A stretch of DNA of 62,538 nt, the filler included, from Sphacelaria rigidula (taxonomy: Eukaryota): the NCBI GenBank assembly GCA_964200075.2. It is 9 parts of 9 records of this genome, joined end to end, with 100 filler letters (N's around TTAATTAATTAA, not from the genome) between each part and the next. Parts side by side here need not be neighbours in the genome. Positions count along the whole stretch, not along the records: positions 20,881 to 27,740 come from CAXNAA020017718.1; positions 27,841 to 34,700 come from CAXNAA020017719.1; positions 34,801 to 41,660 come from CAXNAA020017720.1; 6 more parts are not named here. One strand, written 5' to 3'. Below, in pieces: positions 24,301 to 35,480 of the stretch (positions are counted from its first letter, which is position 1; every line of letters begins with the position of its first letter). The notes under the pieces were generated by a model, which made no database searches, was not told where the DNA came from, and worked only from the letters and a program-made list of their open reading frames with translations. The position numbers and the translations under genes are program-made.

Positions 24301-26836
24301 GGAGTGCATCCGATATCGTTTCCTCATGACAAAATAGTGGCAACAAAGTTGAGGTAGCGTGTGACAAGTAAGGCAAAATCACAGGTAGTGGCAGAAAAAC
24401 GTAGCGGTGATCAGACCCAGATATACGATGGAACGAAGAGTTGCCAGCTAACCTGGAGAATCTTTCCCTGAAAGTAGCCGCGTTTCGCGTGCAAGGGGTC
24501 CGACTCATCTACCAATATATATATATATATATATATATCCTGACTCAGCCTAACTCATCTACTATATATATCCTGGCTCAGTCTAACTCATCTACTATGA
24601 GTGCATATCGGCCGTGTTGTTCATCGCTGACTTCACCCAATTCAGTAGTTAGTGGAGGCCAAGACTAGAGGTAGTATCTCAAGGCTCGACGAACGTGAGC
24701 AAGTGGATACAATCTAAAAGGTATCCTTGTGGCGACAACAACCGCGCTTCGCTTCTATCTGATTCGTTAGGCAGGCGTGGTTCGTATTGGTTTGAAGCTC
24801 AAGTCTATCCCGTAATACTTGCGGCCTTCCTCTCTAGTACTTTTTCCACCGGGGGTTCATGAAGACTTCGAGTCTGCAACACGTTTTGGACGATGAGGTG
24901 GTCGACGATTTTCCGTTCCAAGCTCGTCTCTTGGATCTTGGGCACGAGTCACGCACCGCACGGATCACGGGAAATGTCCAAGCGATTTCAAATTATTCGC
25001 GACTGCTCATCTGCTTGCTGCGATTCCCTCCCCAGGATCTCGGTTTGCTGTATCTGTGCACCTGCAGGTTTGGCCGTCCCAGTGTCTTTTACTCCGTTTC
25101 CCATGAGCAACAGCAATATCATACGATGAAGGTAAACCACACGAAACTGTATCCCCATGTGGTGTCAGACTTTGAAACTGACTGCCGACATGTGAAAACC
25201 TCATCATTATCACCTTGTTCGTGTTCTTCTGTCCCTGTTCGTAGGAATTTGGTGAAGCAGGATGCCTCGACGGAACGTACGCGCTGGGGCTGTGGCACGC
25301 TGGTAGTAGCTTTCACGTGGTCTACAACGTTGCGATGACTCCCACGGGTGCGATGCTGGCCAGTCGGGTGAGATTACTTGGTATTCTGACGGAGTTGATA
25401 CACGCTATGGTGAAAATCGGATGACAGGGCGGCGGAGAACGTTCGCATAGTGGCAAGAAATCACCACGACAGTGCATCGAGATGACTGGAGGAAATACAA
25501 GCGAAGGGACGTGCTTTATTCCCACAGTTGTTGTTACTTGCGTTTTGCAGAGGGCATCAGTGATGTCCGATTCTCGTTTTTTCTCGCATTTTGGGATTCC
25601 TGTCGTATGTTTTTGTTGTTGAGTTTAAACGTTTGGCAAAATTCATCCAGTCAAATACAGTGTACAGATAACGCACCAGGAAAAAAAACACGCCTAGACA
25701 TTCTGCATTCCACGTTCTTTGGCTTTTCTCCCGCGGAAAAAAAACAGATAACAAAGGCGGTGAGCGGACTCGGAGTCATCATGTCTCGCGTAATACACGT
25801 TAGAGCGTGACCTCTGCGCAGTTGCCAGTCGTTGGCAACAATACCGGCTATCAATCGAAATACAAAACCACCGTATCGACACACGAAACGCCCATTTTGC
25901 GTCGGCGCGGTTCGGGAGTACAAGTCACGGTGTTGTTTACCACATTCCCCATGTCCCATCTACGAAAATGGCTAGAAGCGGAAGTGATAGTACAGCTCGG
26001 CGGTTTTCGGAATGGACGACGTCTCTCTGTGCGGCGCTACACGTTGGCTCGCTTGGTTGTGATATCTACAATCCGTCCCCGTTTCATTTTACTGCTGCAT
26101 TTTTGTACCCAAACCCCCGAATTCACTGCGGTACCCAAGGAAGAGCCATCTTCTTTGTTGCCGAACATCGTCACTGCCATGGGCGAAACATCTACTACAC
26201 TCCTCCGCCTACCCCACTATTGTAACGGCGGTCCGGAAACAGGGTGCGGATCGCGCTAGATCGGACGAGGAGTCGGAGCGGGGAGACTCAGGCGCCAGCC
26301 CGAATGATGATGGCGAGGGCGACACGTGTTTGCCGGGTCCAGGCACGATCAAGACTGCTGCAATATACTCCGCATTCCTGCGCCAGGTGAATGAGGTTTA
26401 GCTACCAGCGTGTTTATCCATCAAAACGTTTTTTCCTGGTTCGTCTAGCCTCACTTTTTCTTTAGTTCAGCTCTTCCGCTTTCTGTCTCGCCATCATGTT
26501 GCCATGGCGTTGGCACGCTCCCAGCATGTAGTGCTATGCTCACTTCCATTCGGATGAGCCAGAATCAAACTTGAAGAGCGCCCTTTTGGTATTTGATACT
26601 ACCGTGGTCAGGTATAGTGGTAAATGCCTTCCTGTTCCGTACGTATATACCAGCATTTCAAGGGGATAGGTGTCTCACAGAATCAGAGAATATCCTTGCG
26701 CCCGTCCGCCAGTCCCTTCCTAGTTCTCACGTTCGCTACGGAAGAAGCGCACAGAATTTTGACGGTAGATGCCGATGATTACAGGTTTTGTGAAATCTTC
26801 CTCGCTTCTCCCATCTATGAAAGTGGCCGCGTGTGA
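21324..26836 (+). pseudogene. Large multi-exon decayed gene with a tyrosine-recombinase-like domain (Crypton-like)
   Basis: Donors at 21510, 22113, 22828, 24210 (GTAAG) and 25068; acceptors ending at 22205 and 25244. Reconstructed LLICLLRFPPQ(R)SRFAVSVHLQ|EFGEAGCLDGTYALGLWH...LTELIHAMV...FPMSHLRKWLEAEVIVQLGGFRNGRRLSVRRYTL. Ala/Pro-rich open linker at 23130-24209. Confidence 0.55.
24503..24598. repeat. ~32-bp tandem duplication with an (AT)n expansion, within an intron
   Basis: CTCATCTAC(TA)nTCCTGRCTCAGYCTAA twice, plus a third CTCATCTACTAT. Confidence 0.85.
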
Positions 26837-27454
26837 GCGAAGCGCGTTCGCTGCGCTCATGCCTGGATTTCTTTATTCCCCATTATTTTCCGCGTACGAC
26901 TTGACGGGTGTCACTGAAGGTCGCGCGTCATATACAGCGCAGAATTGATTGTATCGCCCTCTGACGGAGGTGAATTCAGTAGTTTGATATCACGCGATAT
27001 TTCCAATTTTGGCGGAGTTCTATGAAGGACGGCTTCGAATAAAAAGTAAGATCTCACGTAGTGTGCGCCAATACTCAGTCGACTCAGAAAGAAAGCGCTC
27101 GGGCAAAAACTCCAGCGGCCCTAACATGCATTCATGTTGGTCTATCTATGTCTATATCATGGGACTGGCAGAAGAATCGCCAGATTGGAGAACAAGAGAG
27201 ATATTCCAATTCATCACCAAACAAAACCAAAAATAAAAGCTAACAACAGCTACTTGAGAAGCAGTGATTGTACGCCGGACAAACCGGGGCAGAGAAAGGA
27301 TGATCGCATCTCACAACTAGAGCAAGCTGGCCGGAACAAATACCAGCAGAAAGCAACCCCATCCGTTGCTGGAGGGAATGGTTGCTAGCATGATGACGCT
27401 GCGGCTAAACCCCAACGCCACACCCGCGGATTGAGACCATCTCCAACAGTCCCT

Positions 27455-27740
27455 TGTCTCCCTCACAGCGCCAAGCTGTAGCGTTGCACCCTCCTCAAGA
27501 TGCCAACCTGAGTCGTCGCCGAGATCACCTGCTCAATCCTTTTCAGAAGAATCCTCTTTGCTGGCAGCTCCTTTGCCTCTTTCCCCCACGACATTTTTGG
27601 CCACCTGGTTGATCATCTCCTCTCCGTATTTCCCGAGGCGGCGCCTAGATCTTTCCCTGACGAAGATAGGAAAAATCCGGTAGAGTTCTAATGGAAGTGG
27701 GGAGAAGAGGAACTGCCGATCGTAGACCAGTATACATACC
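27455..27740 (-). mobile_element. 3' fragment of a REL-endonuclease (CRE/NeSL-like) non-LTR retrotransposon
   Basis: RLGKYGEEMINQVAKNVVG...RIEQVISATTQVGILRRVQRYSLAL resembles the ExxGRLG..ISVTTQ C-terminus of this class. Confidence 0.7.
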
Positions 27741-27915
27741 NNNNNNNNNNNNNNNNNNNNNNNNNNNNNNNNNNNNNNNNNNNNTTAATTAATTAANNNN
27801 NNNNNNNNNNNNNNNNNNNNNNNNNNNNNNNNNNNNNNNNAACTTTGAACTTTTTTTTTTGCGTTTTTTCGGGGTTTTTTTTTTCGGGGGCCAAACCCCC
27901 CCTTGGGTGCAAAAA

Positions 27916-27953
<38 letters not shown>

Positions 27954-27959
27954 CCTATG

Positions 27960-28237
27960 ACGAGACACTCATGAGGCAGTGTGTAACCTGTGGCTGTCTC
28001 TGGAAGTGGTGATGCCAGAAAATCAAGCGACTCGTTATAGCCTGTTATCCATACGCAAGATAATCAATACAGGATGCAGCCCACCCTTCATGCGACTCGC
28101 CGAACGTATAAAGGCGCTTCGCGCTTGGTGATTACGAACCTGGTCGGGCGAAGACCCGGCGTGCTCCGTCCCAGATTTGTAGGGATGCGAGATCAATGAT
28201 CTTATGACTACGGCATGTAAAATCATGAGCACACCCC
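27960..28237 (+). repeat. Dispersed repeat family A, copy 2
   Basis: Colinear with 11883-12180, with an internal deletion. Confidence 0.92.
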
Positions 28238-28289
28238 CTCCCTCCCCTCCCCGTGCTCCTTGCGCCGCCTCTGTCGGCACCGCTGGCAG

Positions 28290-28472
28290 GTAGACAAGGT
28301 TATGCAAGCAAAGGGGCACAAGCCATTCAACCCAAGGAGCGACGGGCATCAGAAGTTTCTCCGCCGCCAATTAGAGATTCTGGATAGACTGCAGAGGACG
28401 CATCCGAACCTCGAGCTCGATGAGGAAAGAGAATTCTTTCAGTCGCACGTTCTGGAGGCAGCTACAACTTGA
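28290..28472 (+). CDS. Probable terminal exon of an unidentified host gene
   Basis: Pyrimidine-rich tract and CAG acceptor, then a clean 60-codon frame VDKVMQAKGHKPFNPRSDGHQKFLRRQLEILDRLQRTHPNLELDEEREFFQSHVLEAATT*. Confidence 0.6.
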   Translation, partial: VDKVMQAKGHKPFNPRSDGHQKFLRRQLEILDRLQRTHPNLELDEEREFFQSHVLEAATT

Positions 28473-28899
28473 GGGCCATTGATTGAGCGACAACATTCTT
28501 ATAACCAACAAGACACAAAAATCACGCCCACCGCCTTGGGCAGCGAGAATTCACACAGCGAGGAACAAGTTTTACTGGAGGTCGAAAAGTAGAGGTCAGG
28601 GCCCACCAGCTGAGCACGCCGATTTTGAGGATTAGATTAGAATGTAAAACAAAGAGGTGATGTTATACTCCTTTGAAAGGGATTTATTGAGGTCGAGTCC
28701 AGTTTTAGATCAGAAATGCAGAATTTGTGCGTGTGCGCAGGCGCGCAAGGCATGCACGGCTGTTGAGAATTCTTTTGGGTGGCTGGTTCACCCCCTGTAT
28801 GCTTTTCTTTTTTTCCCCCTTGGAAGGAGGAGGAGACCTTACCCACACTTAACCCGCAAACGGGTTCCTCTGCCGATTAGCCGGAACCTCGGCTAGACC

Positions 28900-29510
28900 T
28901 CCTAGCGGCAGTCATGTGCGGTAGGCGCTTCGATCGTTCGAAAAGCTAAAGGCAGTGTGGGGGTCGAGCCTACTAGAACCCCTCGTCAACTTACCGCCTG
29001 TAGCCTCTGCGATTCGAACCACTCCCCTAGCTCTTGCCACGCCACACCCTCGTGGCTTCTCCAGCAACGAAAACGATGTTCTCCACACTCCGTATCTCCG
29101 CGTTGCTGAAAAACGCAGTAAACACGTATTATTGGGCATGCTCGATCTCGGCCATACCGTACGTGGCGTCGGGCCGTGCAACAGTGTCAAATGAATCCAC
29201 AATCACTTCGTCCCCCCGCAAAGGAGCATGTCGCTTTGCTTCACTCCCAGTCATCAGTTGGAGCATCTCGCCTCTTCCAGCTGCCCAAGTCCACCGCCTG
29301 CCCACTGAACATGTGATACCCTCGGTCCGGTCTCTACGCCGGGTTGCGGCCACCGGCTCATCGTACTTGCTACCATACAAGGTCACAGCTCCAGCAGTAC
29401 CGCATGAGATATCTGCCCTTACATCTCCATCCACGCATCCAGTGTCGGGACACTTGAACAGTGCCCCCATTTGCATCATTCGCGGGGTGCGGTCGGTGGC
29501 TCGCGCACCG
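28900..29510 (-). mobile_element. Heavily decayed coding relic, possibly REL-LINE RT
   Basis: Order of weak motifs only (ITCSVG, IVDSFD, GGKLTRG); catalytic residues are not retained. Confidence 0.3.
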
Positions 29511-30100
29511 CGGTTCGTTTTTTTGTAGGTCTGCAGGGGGGGGGGGGGGAGACGCTTTGTCATACTTCCAGCCGCTCCTCTTCCTCAAGACGAATCCGTC
29601 ATCTGGAGTGATATATTCCTCTCCCTCGCGGTGTCTCCCTTATACCTTTCGGTATCGCAGATTGATTCGTTCCCGCTCACGGCGAAGGGCGTAGAACTTT
29701 CATGTTTCGGATTTTTGCCGAACATGGGGGCGGGGGGTTGCCTTGATTGATTTGTTGATTTTTTAATTGATGAGTGTCGCACATTAATTGATTTGCTTCG
29801 AATGCAGCCGTGGTGAAGCCACAAGATGAACGTACGCAACGGAAATACATGGAGATACTCGCTAACGGCCATTCTTCTGCATTTTGTTTTCTTCAATGGA
29901 TAAGCTATACCAACGGAACAATAGCGGACGAGAAAAGTCAAACGTCAGCTTTAGCTGCCCAAGAAATCGCCCGAAAATGTGCGCGTTCAGCTAATGTTCT
30001 GATTATCCACCGGTGTTATCCCTCAAAGACTGCGCAGACTGTGACTAGGCTTCACCATTAAACATAGGGGCAGGGTGCTGAAGGGTAGTAGGCATTGAAA

Positions 30101-30490
30101 ATGTTCGTGAAATCAGGAACGTTTTTTTATTGGAACGGGGAGGTTTTTCGTGATTTACACCAAGACAGTGAAATCGTCCGAAACGGCCGTCACCCCCCTG
30201 AAAGCCCGTGATTTGACGGGACTTTTGGTGCAAGGAGATTCAAGATCGACGAGGTCAGTGCAGAGTTATAAGGGGAACATTGTCCAAGATTTTTTTTCAA
30301 GTTTTGTACATTTTCGGCCGTATCCCATGAAAGGCGTCACCGATGTTACATATCATGGCACCGAAATTCCCGTCGGATCACGGGCTTTCAGGGGGATGAC
30401 GGCCGTTCCGGACGATTGAACCGTCTTGGTGTAAATCACGAGAAACCTCCCGTTCCGAGATATAAGTCCGTTCCTAATCTCACAAGCATG
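30101..30490. mobile_element. Foldback/MITE with ~130-bp inverted arms
   Basis: GGAACGGGGAGGTTTTTCGTGATTTACACCAAGAC...GGTGC (30132-30231) pairs with 30358-30456, and pairing extends imperfectly outward. Confidence 0.88.
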
Positions 30491-31499
30491 TCCACTCGTG
30501 AAATCGGCACCATATTCAACTGAAATACCCACCCTGGCGGTCAAAGGGCTAACCGTCCGAAGAGTTGGTCGTTGGATACATGATCCGAAAACGATCAAGC
30601 GCCGATACCCGATGCTTTGAAATCGCAACGGGTTAACAGCCTGCACTCACTCTCAAAGCCAATAATTGAAAGAACATGTCGGAATGTATGGCATTGTGCG
30701 GGGCGTACAATCATAACCTGCTCATTGTACAGCGACGTATTATTGGGACGAATGTTTCGATGGTTGATATACTCAAGTCCCCCTTTCCACTGTGTGCACT
30801 TTGGTGCTGGTTGCGTCTGCTGGTTATACATGGCTGGGCACTGTTTTTTTCGATCTACGAACTCCTCGCTTATTAATGCTCGGGTTCCGGGATGCTTTCA
30901 GATCCGCGGACACCTGAGTAGGACAAAGTCCTCGCGTTAGTAACAATGCGGTGGGTATGATGCTTTTCATCCTGTGAGCATTGTATTGTTCAAGAAGCGA
31001 ACAGTCTACCCATTGAACCAGTGAACGCTCGCTAGTTCAATGGGTAAACTGTTCGCTTCCTTGTTTGTAGCTTCGTGAATCCCTTGAGAGGATGAGGTGC
31101 AGACACGACTGCGACAGTCGATCAGCGGACACGACTGAGATAGTCGATCAGTGGACACGGCTGACTGCCGATCAGGATGTGGTGGAATATACACACACAT
31201 ATATATATATATATATACATATATTATAGCGTTGTTGGATGGAAAGGAAAGAAGAGAGAGAGTGACCCCGTAGGGCCAAGATCTCAAGATGGGAAACACA
31301 CGAAGTCACGCATGTCCAGGTACTACTATCACAGTATAAAGTCATCCCGTGTAGCACCTAGAACTCAAACAGGTATGCCACTACTGTACCTTATCCTGAC
31401 ATGGTATATCTTACTGACTATTCTGACCATCCCACGAATATGTACTCCTTGGCGAAACATCATCGAAATAACCCTTGCTTCTTGTCAGCAACTACGCCC

Positions 31500-34400
31500 A
31501 TTGCTGAAAGGATACCTTCCTTTAGAAGATGTACCTTCATCACCGCTGACATGTTAGATATTTCTCCGTTCATGTCTGAATTGTTATAACGTCTTCTTTA
31601 TGTGTGATTCTCGCTGATTTCCGATTTATTGTAACTTTGGGCCACTGTTCAGCCCTTGAGCGTGTTGCTAGGACGCTGGAACAGTCTGTTGAACAGCCAC
31701 GTCCACTTCCGTTTACTGGTGTTTTTTGGATTGCGGATCTGGTCGTCAGCACTTTGCTAACCCTTTGTCATGGCGGTACTTATCGATGAGATGTTTACAT
31801 TGTTGTACTTAATCGGCTCGGTAGGTTAGGTCGGCTGCTGGACCGTCGTCTTTGAGTCCCAATCGAAGTTTTATAGTTATGAAGACGTCTCCAACCTGGT
31901 CCTGGAGCGTGGCCCACCACTTTTTCCACCATATAACACTATATTTGAGGTAAAGTTTCGCCTGGTTAGTCTTTCTATGGTAGAGGTATCCGTTTGCCTA
32001 GCAACAACTCGCTCAACTCATCGAACTCTTGTGTTGGCGGTGTCTCTCTATTAAAAATGATTTCGTGGGATTGAGACTAGAAGATACGATTGAGGGTGAA
32101 GAGTGGTCAATTAGTGAATCAATCGTTTCAGTTCCGAAATACCCATCCACGGCCCAATATAATTTTCGTGGTAGCTTGCCACTGAGGCCCTTGATATGCC
32201 TGAGTAGGATATCGACGGGTAGCTATAAGCACACGCTAGTGATGGAGGCAAGGAAAAGTACACACGGAATAAAAAAATGGCCAACTTGAAGCGAGTGACC
32301 AAAGCAACTCTCAATCAGCACTCTACTCTCAATCTCACGAAAACGTTGTTTATTGTGATATTTCTTCAAGTGAGCGAGATGTACTGACACTTCTTCAGAG
32401 TCGTCGCCAAGTTTGATTCTGTAAACAACCGTCGAAAGTATTTCACTTATGGTGAAGGGTCCTCTCCATGGTAATTGGAGTTTCGGAATTGAACTTTTCG
32501 AGTCTTGGTACGGTCGGTGAAGGAGTTCTTTTTGACCGGCTTCAACACGGGGAACGATTTTAATTTGCTTTTTTTGTTCTCTTGCCAATTCGTCCTTTCT
32601 CGTATAACTTGTCTCGCAAGTTCAAAGCCCAACTGTAAGTTTTCCCGTGTTTCTTTTGGAAATTCTTCGGTTGTTGCTGCTTTGCTTTTCTCCGGGTTGC
32701 CGAGGATGATGTCAATTGGCAATCTGGGCTGTCCTCCGAACATAAAATAATACGTTGTCTCTTGTACGGTGTTATGATGCGACGTATCGTACGCCATTTA
32801 TACGAACGATAGCATGGGCGCCCAACTCTTGTTTCCATCTGAGACATGCATAGCTAACATCGCGTGCATAGAGTGGACACTTTCCGACACTGAATTATCT
32901 TCCGGGCGTAACGATGTCGTGCGAGTTTTATTGAAACCCAGCCAGAATGACAAATGTAGTCAAGACTTTTTCGATGAGAGTTTTGGCTATTGGCGTAGCC
33001 TTTTTGTTCGGCACTGGAATAAGCAGAGCATACCTCGTGAGGTGCTTCATTAAGGACAGTACATATTTACATAGTACTCCAGCGTTTGACATCGGAGATT
33101 TTTTGTCCTCAACTAGATCTAAATTCAAGGTGACCGGATGATCTTTTAGAGGGATCATGGGCAGTTTCGATTTGGAATCAACAGGCAATTTTGGTAAAAT
33201 CATTCTTTATTCAGGCGGCAGGCTGAACATGTGCCAGCGTGGGATGTAACGTTACCGATTCCTTGATGTATCGCGCAGAATGTAACATGATATGAGTCTC
33301 AACAAGTGGAGCATTCTCGATGATTATGAACCCGTGTTCGGTGTATCGCTTTTCGACGGCCCTTATAAAGGCTGCTTAGGAACCAACTCCAAGCGCGCTC
33401 TTGTTCAGCTTCTGCTTTATCCTAGTATGTACTTTCACGTCACAACTGCGGGCTGTTTTGGTGCCCCACCGAAGGAGTTACTGTACTGACTAGAAACCTC
33501 GCCTCTCTCCGATATCTTCCATCAGAGGGTTGGTATGTTGTCTTTATTGCATGCGTTCTGAGATGTGAAATATCGAACTATTTGAAGCTTGTAACTCATC
33601 TCAACTCGTGAGCTGAGATGCGAGAAGACCGTCCAATACACCCTCTTCTTTCGCTTGCTGAATGGTAGGGTATGACAAGGTAGTGCATTCGCAGGTTGGG
33701 TGGAATCCTTGTGAGTTATTCCGAGTCACCGCGTTTCCAGAGGTCGGTCTGCTAGATCGATTGCCATGCTTCTTGCACTATGGTGGTGAGAGGTGGGTTG
33801 ATAAGTGCGGTTTCGCTGTTTGACTTGCCATGCAGGTGACATGTAGTGCACGCTGAGGAGGCTAATTTCGCGTTTCGCTGTTTGACTGGCCATGCGGGTG
33901 ACATATAATACACGCTGAGGAGGCTAATTTCGCGTTTCGCCGTTTGACCAGCCATACAGGTGAAATATATTGAACGCTGAGGAGGCTAAGTTCGCGTTCT
34001 ATTTTTTGACTAGCCATCCAGGTGACATATAATGCCCGCGGAGGAGGCTAATTTCGCACCGTCCCAAACACATCACCTATATAACAGTCTAACCCGAATA
34101 ATTATGCACATGACCCATGCGTTTCACCTGCTGTAGCGTTCCTTGGAGGACCCTGCCGTTCCTGGCGTCGGAGCAATCGGTCCTCGTTCTTGTTTTTACT
34201 TCTACGGTATGTCTTGCGTGATTTCTTTCGTGCTGTCGCCAAATATGAGGAAGGTGTATCGCTGGGGTAGACAGAGACCTACGGGTAAGACTGTCGTTGC
34301 AGATGTCGTCCTGATGCCGACGGAACTCCGAGGCTGGCGATGATTTCCTCTTGTGTAACGTAGGCAAGAAGGGGTCACACGTGGAAAAAGTGATGCACCG

Positions 34401-34700
34401 TGAGATGCCCTTTTCTGCGGGGGGTGTTCGGCCACTGATATCGGACTCTTCCTGGCATTACCCCGAGTTGTCCAGTATCGTTGGTCTTACAGGGTCCTGG
34501 TACTCTGGTCCCCTCGGATCGTTCCTACCTTGTGTTGGAATATTCAATGCCAGTCATTGGTAACGACTATTATATATCGTAGGTTATCGTAAACAAGTAA
34601 GAAATCATTTTAGTGTTCCAGAAATAGTCTGCGGTATATTCTGCGGCACATTATGTTTCCAGAACAAGTTGTCAGGGGATTAATCGAGAGTTATCGGTTG
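31500..34700 (-). mobile_element. Decayed Ty3/Gypsy pol of a different family (integrase with GPY/F domain)
   Basis: CSACR zinc-finger half, YVLSLMKHLTRYALLIPVPNKKA, AYDTSHHNTVQETTYYFMFGGQPRLPID, PKLQLPWRGPFTI..VHLAHLKKY. Outer limits are approximate. Confidence 0.88.
33806..34057. repeat. 62-bp minisatellite, ~4 copies
   Basis: GCTAA(T)TTCGC recurs at 33861, 33923, 33985 and 34047. Confidence 0.95.
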
Positions 34701-34800
34701 NNNNNNNNNNNNNNNNNNNNNNNNNNNNNNNNNNNNNNNNNNNNTTAATTAATTAANNNNNNNNNNNNNNNNNNNNNNNNNNNNNNNNNNNNNNNNNNNN

Positions 34801-34910
34801 TTTTAATCCTCCGGGTTCTCATCCTCAATGAAAAGCACCATCCTCAACATAGATGATCGGCTGTTTTGAGCCTCAGTTCAGAGTTAAACCTCAATTCTCA
34901 CAATTTGCTG
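34801..34910 (+). repeat. Dispersed repeat family B (also 41774-41856, 60573-60650 and the reverse complement at 6798-6860)
   Basis: GAGGATACGAAGATTTTAATCCTCCGGGTTCTCATCCTCAATGAAAAGCACCATCCTCA and GTTAAACCTCAATTCTCACAATTTG. Three of the four hits are at contig ends. Confidence 0.9.
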
Positions 34911-35222
34911 TTAAGTAGAGTATACACATACGTGTGCGCGCGGATGGAAATTTCAGATGTAACCAATTTTGCTGACGATAGTTGAAAAAACGAGACAGTG
35001 AGACAGATGAATGGTACACCAAGCCGATGTGTGTTGTTGAGTCTGACTGTATTGCTTACTACTATACTGCGCGTAGTGAGGACACTATATAGTACACACT
35101 CTTTCTTTTGGTAACGACACCTCATTCACGGGTCAGTGATACACTTCAGATGAGCAGTCTATATTCACTGCGTTTGACCTGAAGTCGCCGGATCAAGATG
35201 AGCTGTACAACTTATTATGACG

Positions 35223-35480
35223 TGTAGCCAAATAATACCAAGCCGTAGGTTTCAGTATAGTCGCATGTATGATTGGAGCAGTCGCAGGGGACAGGGGATC
35301 CTGGATTGATTACCCTCATCTATGTGGCCCCTTGCTGTCTGGCTCTTGATGTGGTCTGTTGAGGATCACTCCGTGATAATAACAAGTGAGAAGGAAGGAC
35401 TTGTCGAGCACGAGGTCAGTGCTACTGGAGGAGTCCCTCGTGGATAGTCCTCTTGTCCATATCGTCTGGCAGAGGCTACA
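35223..35480 (+). repeat. 5' LTR of Gypsy family G1 (258 bp)
   Basis: TGTAGCC...GGCTACA terminal inverted repeat; its 3' part is nearly identical to the reverse complement of 3090-3200. Confidence 0.9.

Noticed and set aside
27916-27952. Long poly-C/poly-G runs (also near 12340, 13928, 48545, 55731)
   Set aside because: Low-complexity tracts, mostly at contig ends; lengths are unreliable.
31178-31520. Possible 3' LTR of the contig 5 Gypsy
   Set aside because: No second LTR to compare and no convincing polypurine tract boundary.
33806-34057. CRISPR-like periodicity (also at 61488-61658)
   Set aside because: Whole units repeat with no unique spacers, no cas genes are present, and the context is eukaryotic.
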